A stretch of 64,000 nucleotides of DNA, from NCBI GenBank assembly GCA_046330895.1, contig JAXLRY010000016.1, forward strand, positions 32,273 to 96,272, given 5' to 3'. This DNA comes from Mycobacterium sp. (GTDB lineage: Bacteria > Actinomycetota > Actinomycetes > Mycobacteriales > Mycobacteriaceae). The notes beneath the pieces were generated by a model. It was not told the DNA's origin. It saw only the letters and a program-made list of their open reading frames with translations, and made no database searches. Made by a program: the position numbers and the translations under genes. This document shows positions 11,400 to 19,892 of this stretch, piece by piece. Position 1 is the first letter of the stretch. The number at the start of each line of letters is the position of its first letter.

Positions 11400-12317
11400 T
11401 CACGCGCCGAAGACGCGGACGGGCGGACGGGCCTTGGCCAGCAGATCGGTGACCACGGGACCCAATTCGGCCGGATCCCAACGAGCGCCCTTGTCCACCT
11501 GGGGACCGTGCGCCCAACCCTCCGCGACCCGCACGATGCCGCCCTCGACCTCGAACACCCGACCGGTGACGTCATGGGATTCGACGCTGCCCAGCCACAC
11601 CACCAGTGGCGAGACGTTCTCCGGCGCCATCGCGTCGAACCCGTCCTCGGGCCGCGCCATCATGTCCGCGAACACGGTCTCGGTCATGCGCGTGCGCGCG
11701 GCCGGCGCGATCGCATTCACCGTCACCCCGTAGCGGCCCATCTCGGCGGCGGAAACCAGTGTCAGAGCGGCGATTCCGGCCTTGGCCGCGCTGTAGTTGC
11801 CCTGGCCCACGCTGCCCTGAAGTCCGGCTCCCGAACTTGTGTTGATGATCCGGGCATTCAGCGTGTCCGCGCCGGCCTTGCCTTCCTTGACCAGTCCGCG
11901 CCAATACGATGCCGCGTGCCGCGACGTTGCGAAGTGTCCCTTGAGGTGGACGGCGACGACCGCGTCGAACTCCTCCTCGCTGGTATTGGCGATCATCCGG
12001 TCGCGGACGATCCCAGCATTGTTGACCAGAACATCGAGCCCGCCGAACGTTTCGACGGCGGTCCCGATCAGACCGGCCGCCGCGTTCCAGTCGGCGATGT
12101 TCGCCCCGCTGGCGACGGCTTCGCCCCCGGCGGCGACGATCTCGTCGACGACCGACTGCGCGGCACTCCCGCCGCCGGCGGGCGAACCGTCAAGGCCCAC
12201 CCCGATGTCGTTGACCACCACGCGCGCGCCCTCGGCCGCGAACGCCAAAGCGTGTGCGCGCCCGATACCGCCGCCCGCACCAGTGACGATAACGACCCGG
12301 CCGTCGAGCAATCCCAT
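11400..12317 (-). CDS. Short-chain dehydrogenase (Rv3548c homolog)
   Basis: Start ATG 12317 (MGLLDGRVVIVTGAGGGIG); NNAG, YSAAK. Confidence 0.9.
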   Translation of the reverse strand: MGLLDGRVVIVTGAGGGIGRAHALAFAAEGARVVVNDIGVGLDGSPAGGGSAAQSVVDEIVAAGGEAVASGANIADWNAAAGLIGTAVETFGGLDVLVNNAGIVRDRMIANTSEEEFDAVVAVHLKGHFATSRHAASYWRGLVKEGKAGADTLNARIINTSSGAGLQGSVGQGNYSAAKAGIAALTLVSAAEMGRYGVTVNAIAPAARTRMTETVFADMMARPEDGFDAMAPENVSPLVVWLGSVESHDVTGRVFEVEGGIVRVAEGWAHGPQVDKGARWDPAELGPVVTDLLAKARPPVRVFGA

Positions 12318-12327
12318 AGATGTCTCC

Positions 12328-13122
12328 CTACTTGTTCGCGTTCGAAGCCTTGTTCGCGTTCGAAGCCGAAAGATACGGCGGCGGCTCACCACCACCGTGC
12401 GCCGCGATGGTCGCACCGCTCACATAGGAGGCCGCATCGGAGGCGAGAAACGCTGTCACCCAACCGATTTCCGCGGGCTTGGCCAGCCTCCCCAGCGGCA
12501 CGGTCGCCGCAACCGCCGCCTGCGACTCGTGGTCACCATAGAAGAGCTCGGCCTGTTCGGTTTCGACGAGCCCCACGACCACGCTGTTGACCCGGACCTT
12601 CGGGGCCCATTCCACCGCGAGGCTGGCGGTCAGACTGTCGACGCCGGCCTTCGCGGCACCGTAGGCCGCCGTTCCCGGTGAGGGACGGCGACCGCTGACA
12701 CTTGAGATCGAGACAATGGAACCACCGGCCGGCTGCTTCTGCATGACAGCGTTGGCCGCCTGTGAGACATGCAGCATGCCAAGCAGATTCAGCTCGATGA
12801 CCTTCTGGTGAAATCGCGGTGACGCATCCGCAGCCATCGCGAACGGCGCGCCGCCGGCATTGTTCACCACTACGTCCAGGCGGCCATACCGCTGCATGAC
12901 AGCGTGGATCAATCCGGCGACAGCATCGGGATCCCGGACGTCGCAGGTGTGGAAGTCGTACGGCAACCCATCGACCGGGCGCCTGGCACACGTCACCACA
13001 GTGGCACCCTGCCCCGAGAACACCGCACTGATTCCGGCGCCTACGCCTCGAACCCCACCCGTCACCAGCACTACCCGGCCGGCAAGGTTCAGGTTGACAC
13101 CCAGATCGGTCGCGTCCAGCAC
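12328..13122 (-). CDS. Short-chain dehydrogenase (Rv3549c homolog)
   Basis: TGGVRGVG, NNAGG, YGAAK; C-terminal ASNANK duplicated. Confidence 0.9.
   Translation of the reverse strand: MLDATDLGVNLNLAGRVVLVTGGVRGVGAGISAVFSGQGATVVTCARRPVDGLPYDFHTCDVRDPDAVAGLIHAVMQRYGRLDVVVNNAGGAPFAMAADASPRFHQKVIELNLLGMLHVSQAANAVMQKQPAGGSIVSISSVSGRRPSPGTAAYGAAKAGVDSLTASLAVEWAPKVRVNSVVVGLVETEQAELFYGDHESQAAVAATVPLGRLAKPAEIGWVTAFLASDAASYVSGATIAAHGGGEPPPYLSASNANKASNANK
12331..12366. repeat. Perfect 18-bp tandem duplication
   Basis: CTTGTTCGCGTTCGAAGC x2. Confidence 0.95.
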
Positions 13123-13137
13123 TGTGCTAGCGTACCA

Positions 13138-13151
13138 AGCAAGTGCTTGCT
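13138..13151. promoter_or_regulatory. KstR2 operator
   Basis: AGCAAGTGCTTGCT matches AnCAAGnnCTTGnT; between divergent Rv3549c homolog and echA20. Confidence 0.9.
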
Positions 13152-13178
13152 TAGGTCATCGACCCTTCAGGAATGCGA

Positions 13179-13940
13179 ATGACGATCACCACCAGCACCG
13201 TCGAACCCGGAATCGTCGCGGTCACGGTGAACTACCCGCCGGTCAACGCCATCCCATCGGCGGGCTGGTTCGAGCTCGCCGACGCCATCACCGCGGCAGG
13301 CCGCGACCGCAGCACCCACGTGGTGATCCTGCGGGCCGAAGGCCGCGGGTTCAACGCCGGCGTGGACATCAAAGAGATGCAGCGCACGGAGGGGTTCGGC
13401 GCCTTGATCGACGCGAACCGCGGATGCTTCGAAGCATTCCGCGCCGTGTACGAGTGCGCCGTCCCGGTCGTGGCCGCGGTGAACGGCTTCTGTGTGGGCG
13501 GCGGGATCGGCCTCGTCGGCAACGCCGACGTCATCGTCGCCTCCGACGACGCGATCTTCGGGCTACCAGAGGTGGAGCGCGGAGCGCTCGGCGCGGCCAC
13601 CCACCTTTCGAGGCTTGTCCCCCAGCACATGATGCGCCGCCTGTTCTTCACCGCGGCCACCGTCGACGCGGCCACGCTGCACCGGTTCGGGTCGGTGCAC
13701 GAGGTGGTGCCCCGCGCAGAACTCGACGAGTCGGCACTGCGGGTGGCGCGCGACATCGCCGTCAAAGACACCCGGGTGATTCGCGCCGCAAAGGAGGCTC
13801 TTAACCTCATCGACGTCCAGCGGGTGAACTCCAGTTACCGTATGGAACAAGGTTTTACGTTCGAACTCAACCTCTCCGGCGTGTCCGATGAACACCGAGA
13901 CGCGTTCGCCGGGACGTCCAAATCCGAGAACACACGATGA
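13179..13940 (+). CDS. echA20: Enoyl-CoA hydratase EchA20
   Basis: Crotonase motifs FNAGVDI, GGGIG, GLPEV; alternative ATG at 13173. Confidence 0.92.
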   Translation: MTITTSTVEPGIVAVTVNYPPVNAIPSAGWFELADAITAAGRDRSTHVVILRAEGRGFNAGVDIKEMQRTEGFGALIDANRGCFEAFRAVYECAVPVVAAVNGFCVGGGIGLVGNADVIVASDDAIFGLPEVERGALGAATHLSRLVPQHMMRRLFFTAATVDAATLHRFGSVHEVVPRAELDESALRVARDIAVKDTRVIRAAKEALNLIDVQRVNSSYRMEQGFTFELNLSGVSDEHRDAFAGTSKSENTR

Positions 13941-14821
13941 GCGACAAGCGGACAACCCTGGAAGAGGCCGTCGCCGGCGTCGCCAGCGGGATGACGATCG
14001 GAATCGGGGGCTGGGGGTCACGCCGCAAGCCGATGGCATTCGTCCGCGCATTGTTGCGCACCGACGTCACGGACCTGACGGTCGTGACCTACGGCGGCCC
14101 CGACTTGGGGCTTCTCTGTGCGGCAGGCAAGGTGAGCACGGCGTACTACGGCTTCGTATCCCTGGATTCGCCCCCGTTCTACGATCCCTGGTTCGCCAAA
14201 GCCCGGACGACGGGGGCGATCGTGGCCAGGGAAATGGACGAGGGAATGCTCCGATGCGGGCTTCAAGCCGCAGCGCAACGGCTGCCGTTCCTACCGATCC
14301 GGGCCGGCCTCGGGAGCTCGGTGCCGGACTTCTGGGACGGCGAACTGCGAACCGTGACCAGCCCGTACCCCTCGGACGACGGCAAGCCGGAAACCCTCCT
14401 GGCCATGCCCGCCCTGCGGCTCGACGCGGCCTTCGTTCATTTGAACCTCGGCGACAGGCGCGGCAACGCGGCCTACACGGGCATCGATCCCTACTTCGAC
14501 GACCTCTTCCTGATGGCCGCCGATCGCAGATACCTGTCGGTCGAGCGGGTCGTTTCGACCGAGGAACTGATCAAAGCGGTTCCCCCGCAAGCACTCCTGA
14601 TCAATCGGATGATGGTCGACCGCGTGGTCGAGGCACCCAACGGCGCACACTTCACCACGGCGGAGCCGGACTATCGCCGCGACGAGAAGTTCCAGCGCCA
14701 CTACGCGCAGGCCGCGGCCGAAAAAGAAACGTGGACGGAGTTCGTGAACACCTACCTGTCCGGCGACGAGGCCGACTACCAGGCGGCGGTGCGCCGATTC
14801 GCAGCCGAGGCATCACAATGA
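13937..14821 (+). CDS. ipdA: COCHEA-CoA hydrolase alpha subunit IpdA (CoA-transferase fold)
   Basis: GIGGWGSRRKPM, DEGMLRCGL; Rv3551 position. Confidence 0.92.
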   Translation: MSDKRTTLEEAVAGVASGMTIGIGGWGSRRKPMAFVRALLRTDVTDLTVVTYGGPDLGLLCAAGKVSTAYYGFVSLDSPPFYDPWFAKARTTGAIVAREMDEGMLRCGLQAAAQRLPFLPIRAGLGSSVPDFWDGELRTVTSPYPSDDGKPETLLAMPALRLDAAFVHLNLGDRRGNAAYTGIDPYFDDLFLMAADRRYLSVERVVSTEELIKAVPPQALLINRMMVDRVVEAPNGAHFTTAEPDYRRDEKFQRHYAQAAAEKETWTEFVNTYLSGDEADYQAAVRRFAAEASQ

Positions 14822-14874
14822 TGACCGATGCGGAGGCATCACAATGATGACCGATGCGGAGGCATCACAATGAT
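14807..14874 (+). repeat. 26-bp tandem repeat (2.6 copies) at the ipdA/ipdB junction
   Basis: GAGGCATCACAATGATGACCGATGCG at 14807 and 14833, partial copy at 14859. Confidence 0.95.
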
Positions 14875-15619
14875 TCAAGTCAGCAGAGCCGAGGTGTGCG
14901 TAGTGGCCTGCGCCGAATTGTTCCGGGACGCAGGCGAAATCATGGTCAGTCCGATGACCACCATTGTGTCGATCGGAGCGCGTCTGGCGCGACTGACGTT
15001 CGCACCGGACATCGTTCTGAGCGACGGCGAGGCTCAACTACTCGCCGACACACCGGCCATCGGCACCGCCGGTGCGGTCGAGGGCTGGATGCCGTTCGGC
15101 CGGGTATTCGAGACGCTGGCATGGGGACGGCGCCATGTCGTCATGGGCGCCAACCAGATTGACCGGTTCGGCAACCAGAACCTGTCGGCCTTCGGCCCAC
15201 TGCAGCATCCGACACGGCAGATGTTCGGCGTCCGCGGCGCGCCGGGCAACACCGTCAACCATGCCACGAGCTATTGGGTGGGTAACCACTCGAAGCGGGT
15301 ATTCTGCAACGAGGTCGACGTGGTGTCCGGAATCGGTTGGGACAAGGTCGATCCCGACAATCCGGCATTTCGCTTCGTCAACATCTATCGAGTGGTCAGC
15401 AACCTCGGCGTGTTCGACTTCGGCGGCCCCGATCACACCATGCGTGCGCTTTCACTCCATCCCGGCGTCGAACCTGACGAGGTGCGCGCCAACACGTCCT
15501 TCGAGGTCCACGGACTCGACGGCGCTGACCGGACCCGACTCGCCACCGGCGTGGAACTGGACCTGATCCGCGAGCGCATCGACCCGAAGGCGTTGCGGGA
15601 CAAGGAAGTCAAACTGTGA
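14870..15619 (+). CDS. ipdB: COCHEA-CoA hydrolase beta subunit IpdB
   Basis: Start ATG 14870 (MIQVSRAEVCVVACAELF) with GGAGG 7 nt upstream; FGVRGAPGN. Confidence 0.92.
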   Translation: MIQVSRAEVCVVACAELFRDAGEIMVSPMTTIVSIGARLARLTFAPDIVLSDGEAQLLADTPAIGTAGAVEGWMPFGRVFETLAWGRRHVVMGANQIDRFGNQNLSAFGPLQHPTRQMFGVRGAPGNTVNHATSYWVGNHSKRVFCNEVDVVSGIGWDKVDPDNPAFRFVNIYRVVSNLGVFDFGGPDHTMRALSLHPGVEPDEVRANTSFEVHGLDGADRTRLATGVELDLIRERIDPKALRDKEVKL

Positions 15620-16677
15620 GGCTGAAGACCCGGCTGACGGAACTGGCCGGTATCGAGCATCCGGTGGTGCAGACCGGCATGGGTTGGGTTGCCGGGGCGC
15701 GCCTGGTCTCGGCGACGTCGAACGCGGGTGGCCTGGGAATCCTCGCCTCAGCGACCATGACGATCGACGAACTGGCCGTCGCAATCACGAAAGTGAAGGC
15801 GACCACCGACCGGCCGTTCGGAGTGAACATCCGGGCCGACGCTGCCGACGCTGCCGACCGCGTCGAACTGATGATCCGGGAGGGCGTAAAGGTCGCATCG
15901 TTCGCACTGGCGCCCAAACCGGAACTCATCGGTCGACTCAAGGACGCCGGTTCGGTCGTCATCCCATCGGTGGGGGCGGCCAAACACGCCCGCAAGGTCG
16001 CGGGTTGGGGCGCGGACGCGGTGATCGTCCAGGGCGGCGAGGGCGGCGGGCACACCGGACCGGTCGCGACGACACTGCTGCTGCCGTCGGTACTGGACGC
16101 CGTCGACATTCCCGTAATCGCGGCGGGTGGCTTCTTCGACGGACGCGGCCTGGCCGCCGCCCTCTCCTATGGAGCAGCGGGCGTCGCCATGGGAACCCGC
16201 TTCCTGCTCACGTCGGATTCGACGGTCCCCGACGCTGTGAAGCAGCGCTATCTGGATGCCGGCCTGGACGGCACCGTGGTCTCGACACGGGTCGATGGCA
16301 TGCCCCACCGCGTCTTGCGCACAGGACTGGTGGAGAAGCTGGAGAGTGGCTCAAGGGTGCGCGGATTCGCGGCCGCCGTCGCCAATGCCGCCAAATTTAA
16401 GAAAATGACGCGGATGACATGGCCGTCGATGGTCCGTGACGGGCTCGCAATGCGCCACGGGAAGGACCTGACGTGGTCACAGGTGGTCATGGCGGCCAAC
16501 ACCCCCATGCTGTTGCGGGCGGGCCTCGTCGAGGGCGACACCGAGGCGGGGGTGCTGGCATCGGGGCAGGCAGCGGGCATTATCGAGGGTCTGCCGTCGT
16601 GTGCTGAATTGATCGACACAGTGGTGAGCGAGGCCGTCGTGCATTTACGGGCAGCGTCGTCCCTCGTATCAGATTAA
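15616..16677 (+). CDS. ipdC: Nitronate monooxygenase-family flavoprotein IpdC (Rv3553)
   Basis: QTGMGWV, QGGEGGGHTG, GVAMGTRF. Confidence 0.9.
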   Translation: MRLKTRLTELAGIEHPVVQTGMGWVAGARLVSATSNAGGLGILASATMTIDELAVAITKVKATTDRPFGVNIRADAADAADRVELMIREGVKVASFALAPKPELIGRLKDAGSVVIPSVGAAKHARKVAGWGADAVIVQGGEGGGHTGPVATTLLLPSVLDAVDIPVIAAGGFFDGRGLAAALSYGAAGVAMGTRFLLTSDSTVPDAVKQRYLDAGLDGTVVSTRVDGMPHRVLRTGLVEKLESGSRVRGFAAAVANAAKFKKMTRMTWPSMVRDGLAMRHGKDLTWSQVVMAANTPMLLRAGLVEGDTEAGVLASGQAAGIIEGLPSCAELIDTVVSEAVVHLRAASSLVSD

Positions 16678-16741
16678 GGAAATGACTTATTTTAAGGAAA
16701 ATAAGGTTTCTTACTAAAACGCCAGAAAATGAAGCTATGTT
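16675..16741 (+). promoter_or_regulatory. AT-rich promoter/operator-like patch before a leaderless gene
   Basis: TAAGGAAA at 16675 and 16693, TAAG..CTTA pseudo-dyads, -10 TATGTT (16736-16741) 6 nt before GTG 16748. Confidence 0.55.
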
Positions 16742-16747
16742 CTTCAC

Positions 16748-17425
16748 GTGACTGCGATGGTGCCTGGGGCTACGACACCCGGGGTTATGACACCCGGGGT
16801 ACCGGTACTACTCGCGACTGTACTCGGCGACATCGTCGGATCGCGCCGCTCGCCTGACCGCGCCGCTCTGCACCACGATCTTGACCATGCTCTCGGCGAC
16901 ATCGCGGCCTTCGCAATCGATCCGCCCGCGTTCACCGTCGGCGACGAGTTCCAGGGGAGCTATCCGACGGTGGGGGCGGCCATCGACGCGGCGCTGACCG
17001 TACGCCTGGCGGTAGCTCCCGACATAGACATCCGGTTCGGGATCGGCTGGGGTGAGGTGACGATTCTCGACCCCGAAACCGGCATTCAGGACGGCCCGGG
17101 CTGGTGGTCGGCGCGGGAGGCGATCGAGTGGACCAAGGCGGCCCAGGAACAGCCGGCGCTGGCAAGCGTTCGGACCACCTACCGCAGCAACTCCGAGACC
17201 GGGCCTGATCCCGATGCGGTCAATGCCGCGCTGCTGTGCCGGGACCACCTCCTCTCCCTCGTGGACGCACGGTCGCTCCGACTGCTGCGCGGCCTGCGAA
17301 ACGGCCAGACCAAGAAGGAGCTTGCCGCGGCCGAAGGCATCAGCGCGTCAGCGGTGTCGCAGCGCACCGCAAAGTACGGGCTGGACCTGGTGGTAGCAGC
17401 CTCGGAGCACCTCCGGGCGATCTAG
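16748..17425 (+). CDS. SatD-family protein (cyclase-like N-domain plus C-terminal HTH)
   Basis: LGDIVGSRR, FTVGDEFQG, RFGIGWG, DGPGWWSAREA; C-terminal TKKELAAAEGISASAVSQR helix-turn-helix pattern. Confidence 0.75.
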   Translation: MTAMVPGATTPGVMTPGVPVLLATVLGDIVGSRRSPDRAALHHDLDHALGDIAAFAIDPPAFTVGDEFQGSYPTVGAAIDAALTVRLAVAPDIDIRFGIGWGEVTILDPETGIQDGPGWWSAREAIEWTKAAQEQPALASVRTTYRSNSETGPDPDAVNAALLCRDHLLSLVDARSLRLLRGLRNGQTKKELAAAEGISASAVSQRTAKYGLDLVVAASEHLRAI

Positions 17426-19671
17426 CCGGACGTCGCTACGGTCGGAACATCGAGCTTGATGTTGGAGATGTTCACCAAGCCATAGGACGTGAAGTTCCAG
17501 AACGCGGTCGCAGAACTGGTGATCTGCAACGTCAGCGAGTCCTCGGCGTCGTAGGCCGTGTAGGCGATGTTCTCCATCGGGATCTCGATCGTGTGCTGCC
17601 GGCCGTCCATCGTCACCGGAACAGGTGTGCTGATGTTTCCGACCACCAAACCCGTCGAGTCGTCGACCAATTGCGCGAACACGAATCGGCTCGTGCCCAC
17701 GCCGGTGTACGTGAAACTCAGCGTCGGCGCACCGGCGATCTGGGTACCTGTTTCAAGCGGTACATCGACGTTGAGCGCATTGCGCGCCTCAGATGCCTGC
17801 GCGATGTTCAGCGGTAGCGGCGCTTGGTTCTGAGGACCGGATCCCCCCAGGAATGGAACGATCCCCAACCACCCGCCGGCACCCTCATAGGTCAGCGGAT
17901 CGGGGTTGTTGAATCCCCCGTCATAGGGCATCAGCTCAGAGGTGTAGTGACCGCCGTCCTGATCGAACCACTGGAATACCGGGATCGTGTCCGCCGGATC
18001 GTCGGGATCACCCGCGACGTACTGGTCGAGCCACTTCAGGTTGTTCGCCAAAAGGATCTCGTCCTGCTCGGGGTTGATCGGGTTCTCGCATCCGCCGTGG
18101 CCACCGCAGAACCAGGTCATCTTGACCGGAGTGAGGGGGTTGGAAGTGGAGACCTGCTGAGCGTTGTCGATTGCCTGCTGCAGGGGGAACAAGACATCGG
18201 TGGTTCCGCTGATCATCTGCGTCGGGATATCGATGTTGTTCACCAGCATCGTGGGACCGCTGTCCGCAAGAAATGCCTGGGACGTCTCGCTCAAGCGCCC
18301 GAACAGATCACCGGTCAACACGGCCCTACCAAATTGCGAGTTGAAACGCGCGCCGTTCAGCAGAAGTATGCCCAACAGCATTGAGCCCCAGGCGGTCCTG
18401 AAGGCTTCGTTCGGATACAGCGATTCAAGTAGCGAATTGAAGGTGATCGTCGGAATGATGGCATCGATACGCTTGTCGGGCGTGCCGGCAGTCACCAGCT
18501 GGATAGCACCCCCGTAGGACGGGCCGACCATCCCGAGGAATGGATCACCGGCGGATTCCATCGCGATCTGGTTCAGGCCCGGATTGGCCGAGCTCACAGC
18601 CCACGAGATGATCGCTGAGGCGTCCCGTCCTTCCCAGAACGGGTTGTCCATCTGGAGGATGCCCCCTGAGGCGTGTTCACCACGCGGATCCCACGTGATC
18701 ACGTTGTAGCCGCCACCGCCGTCATAACCGCCCGGAGTGGTGTCCGATCGGAGCGTCGCGAGGCCGGGGTTGAGGCCCGAGCCCGGCCCGAATATGGCAT
18801 CCGGGTCCGTTTCGCCGGCGAATCCCAGCCCCGGTCCGAAGAGGACCAACGGCGCGGTGCTGACTTCATCGGTCGCAACGTCGATCGCGGGGAAGTAGTT
18901 GACGCTGATCAATGTGCCGTCGAAGGACGGCATCATGGTGGTGAAGGCCACCGGTCGGTCATCGGCCAACGAGTACGGATTCTCGTTGAACTGCACGACT
19001 GTTGACGCACCGATGATGGGGGCCAACAGCTGATTCAAAATCGGCGTCTGATGCAGCGCGGTCAACAACGTCGGCATCAGCAAACCGATGATCGGGATGC
19101 CACTAAGGAACTCGTCGAATCCCGTTGTCTCCGCGGCGAGAATGCTGAATTGCTCGTTCTGGGACGAGTCGGTCAGCGTCGAAGAATATGCCAGATAAGA
19201 GAATTGACCTGCCGGGTCGTCGGCGTTGAAGGTGATCTTTCCGCCCAGGCTCGGCGCATCAACCACCGTGTAGGTCAGGGGCAGGTCGCGCGTCGAGGTC
19301 GCTCCGACAGTCCCCCGCAGAATCCCGTCGACCCATTCCACATCTGGGTCGGTGACGATGGTGCTCCCCAACGCGGACGCGGATGCTGCCGTCTGCGCTG
19401 ATACCCGTTCGGCGCCAACGGACTTGGGCTCACCGTGTCGCCCGGACTTCGCGGTCGGCCGCGATGCGCTCTCGGCGCGAACCGCCTTCCGCGGCGCGGA
19501 CTTCGACGCCGACTTGGCTTCCCCCGTCGGTTTGCCGCTCTGGTTCGATGTGTGTGAGTCACCCGACGACGAGTCCGCCCACGCCGCGCCGGCACCCGCA
19601 AATACAGCGGTACCCACGCCCAGGGCGATCGCCAAACCACCAACCCGACCTATGAACCTGCCAGCAGCCAT
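17422..19671 (-). CDS. Secreted CocE/NonD (peptidase S15-like) hydrolase, paralog 1
   Basis: Signal-like N-terminus from ATG 19671 (GRVGGLAIALGVGTAVFAGAGAAWA); GPSYGG, DVLFPL, WFCGGHG triad motifs. Confidence 0.85.
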   Translation of the reverse strand: MAAGRFIGRVGGLAIALGVGTAVFAGAGAAWADSSSGDSHTSNQSGKPTGEAKSASKSAPRKAVRAESASRPTAKSGRHGEPKSVGAERVSAQTAASASALGSTIVTDPDVEWVDGILRGTVGATSTRDLPLTYTVVDAPSLGGKITFNADDPAGQFSYLAYSSTLTDSSQNEQFSILAAETTGFDEFLSGIPIIGLLMPTLLTALHQTPILNQLLAPIIGASTVVQFNENPYSLADDRPVAFTTMMPSFDGTLISVNYFPAIDVATDEVSTAPLVLFGPGLGFAGETDPDAIFGPGSGLNPGLATLRSDTTPGGYDGGGGYNVITWDPRGEHASGGILQMDNPFWEGRDASAIISWAVSSANPGLNQIAMESAGDPFLGMVGPSYGGAIQLVTAGTPDKRIDAIIPTITFNSLLESLYPNEAFRTAWGSMLLGILLLNGARFNSQFGRAVLTGDLFGRLSETSQAFLADSGPTMLVNNIDIPTQMISGTTDVLFPLQQAIDNAQQVSTSNPLTPVKMTWFCGGHGGCENPINPEQDEILLANNLKWLDQYVAGDPDDPADTIPVFQWFDQDGGHYTSELMPYDGGFNNPDPLTYEGAGGWLGIVPFLGGSGPQNQAPLPLNIAQASEARNALNVDVPLETGTQIAGAPTLSFTYTGVGTSRFVFAQLVDDSTGLVVGNISTPVPVTMDGRQHTIEIPMENIAYTAYDAEDSLTLQITSSATAFWNFTSYGLVNISNIKLDVPTVATSG

Positions 19672-19810
19672 CTCCGCGCGCCCTTCCGCTGGTCGACATT
19701 GACCAGTACACGAAGCGACGCTAACGAGAGTCGTCGATACTCGTGAGGGCAATACAAAAACGCCGAAATCTGTTGGAATTCAGCACACTCTCGCTGTCCG
19801 GGGCCACAAA

Positions 19811-19867
19811 CGACTGTGCGGTTTCATACGGCGCGCAGGGCGCGTTGCGTATGAAAACGCACAATCG
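19811..19867. repeat. REP-like 57-bp hairpin / probable terminator, TGTGCGGTTTCATACG type
   Basis: CGACTGTGCGGTTTCATACG...CGTATGAAAACGCACAATCG, 18/20 complementary; 25 nt past the paralog 2 stop. Confidence 0.75.
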
Positions 19868-19892
19868 AGAAGAGACGCGGGACTCCCCGAAA

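Noticed and set aside
14807-14874. Short direct repeats as a possible CRISPR array (also 49373-49445)
   Set aside because: Units are contiguous with no spacers, and no cas genes are present
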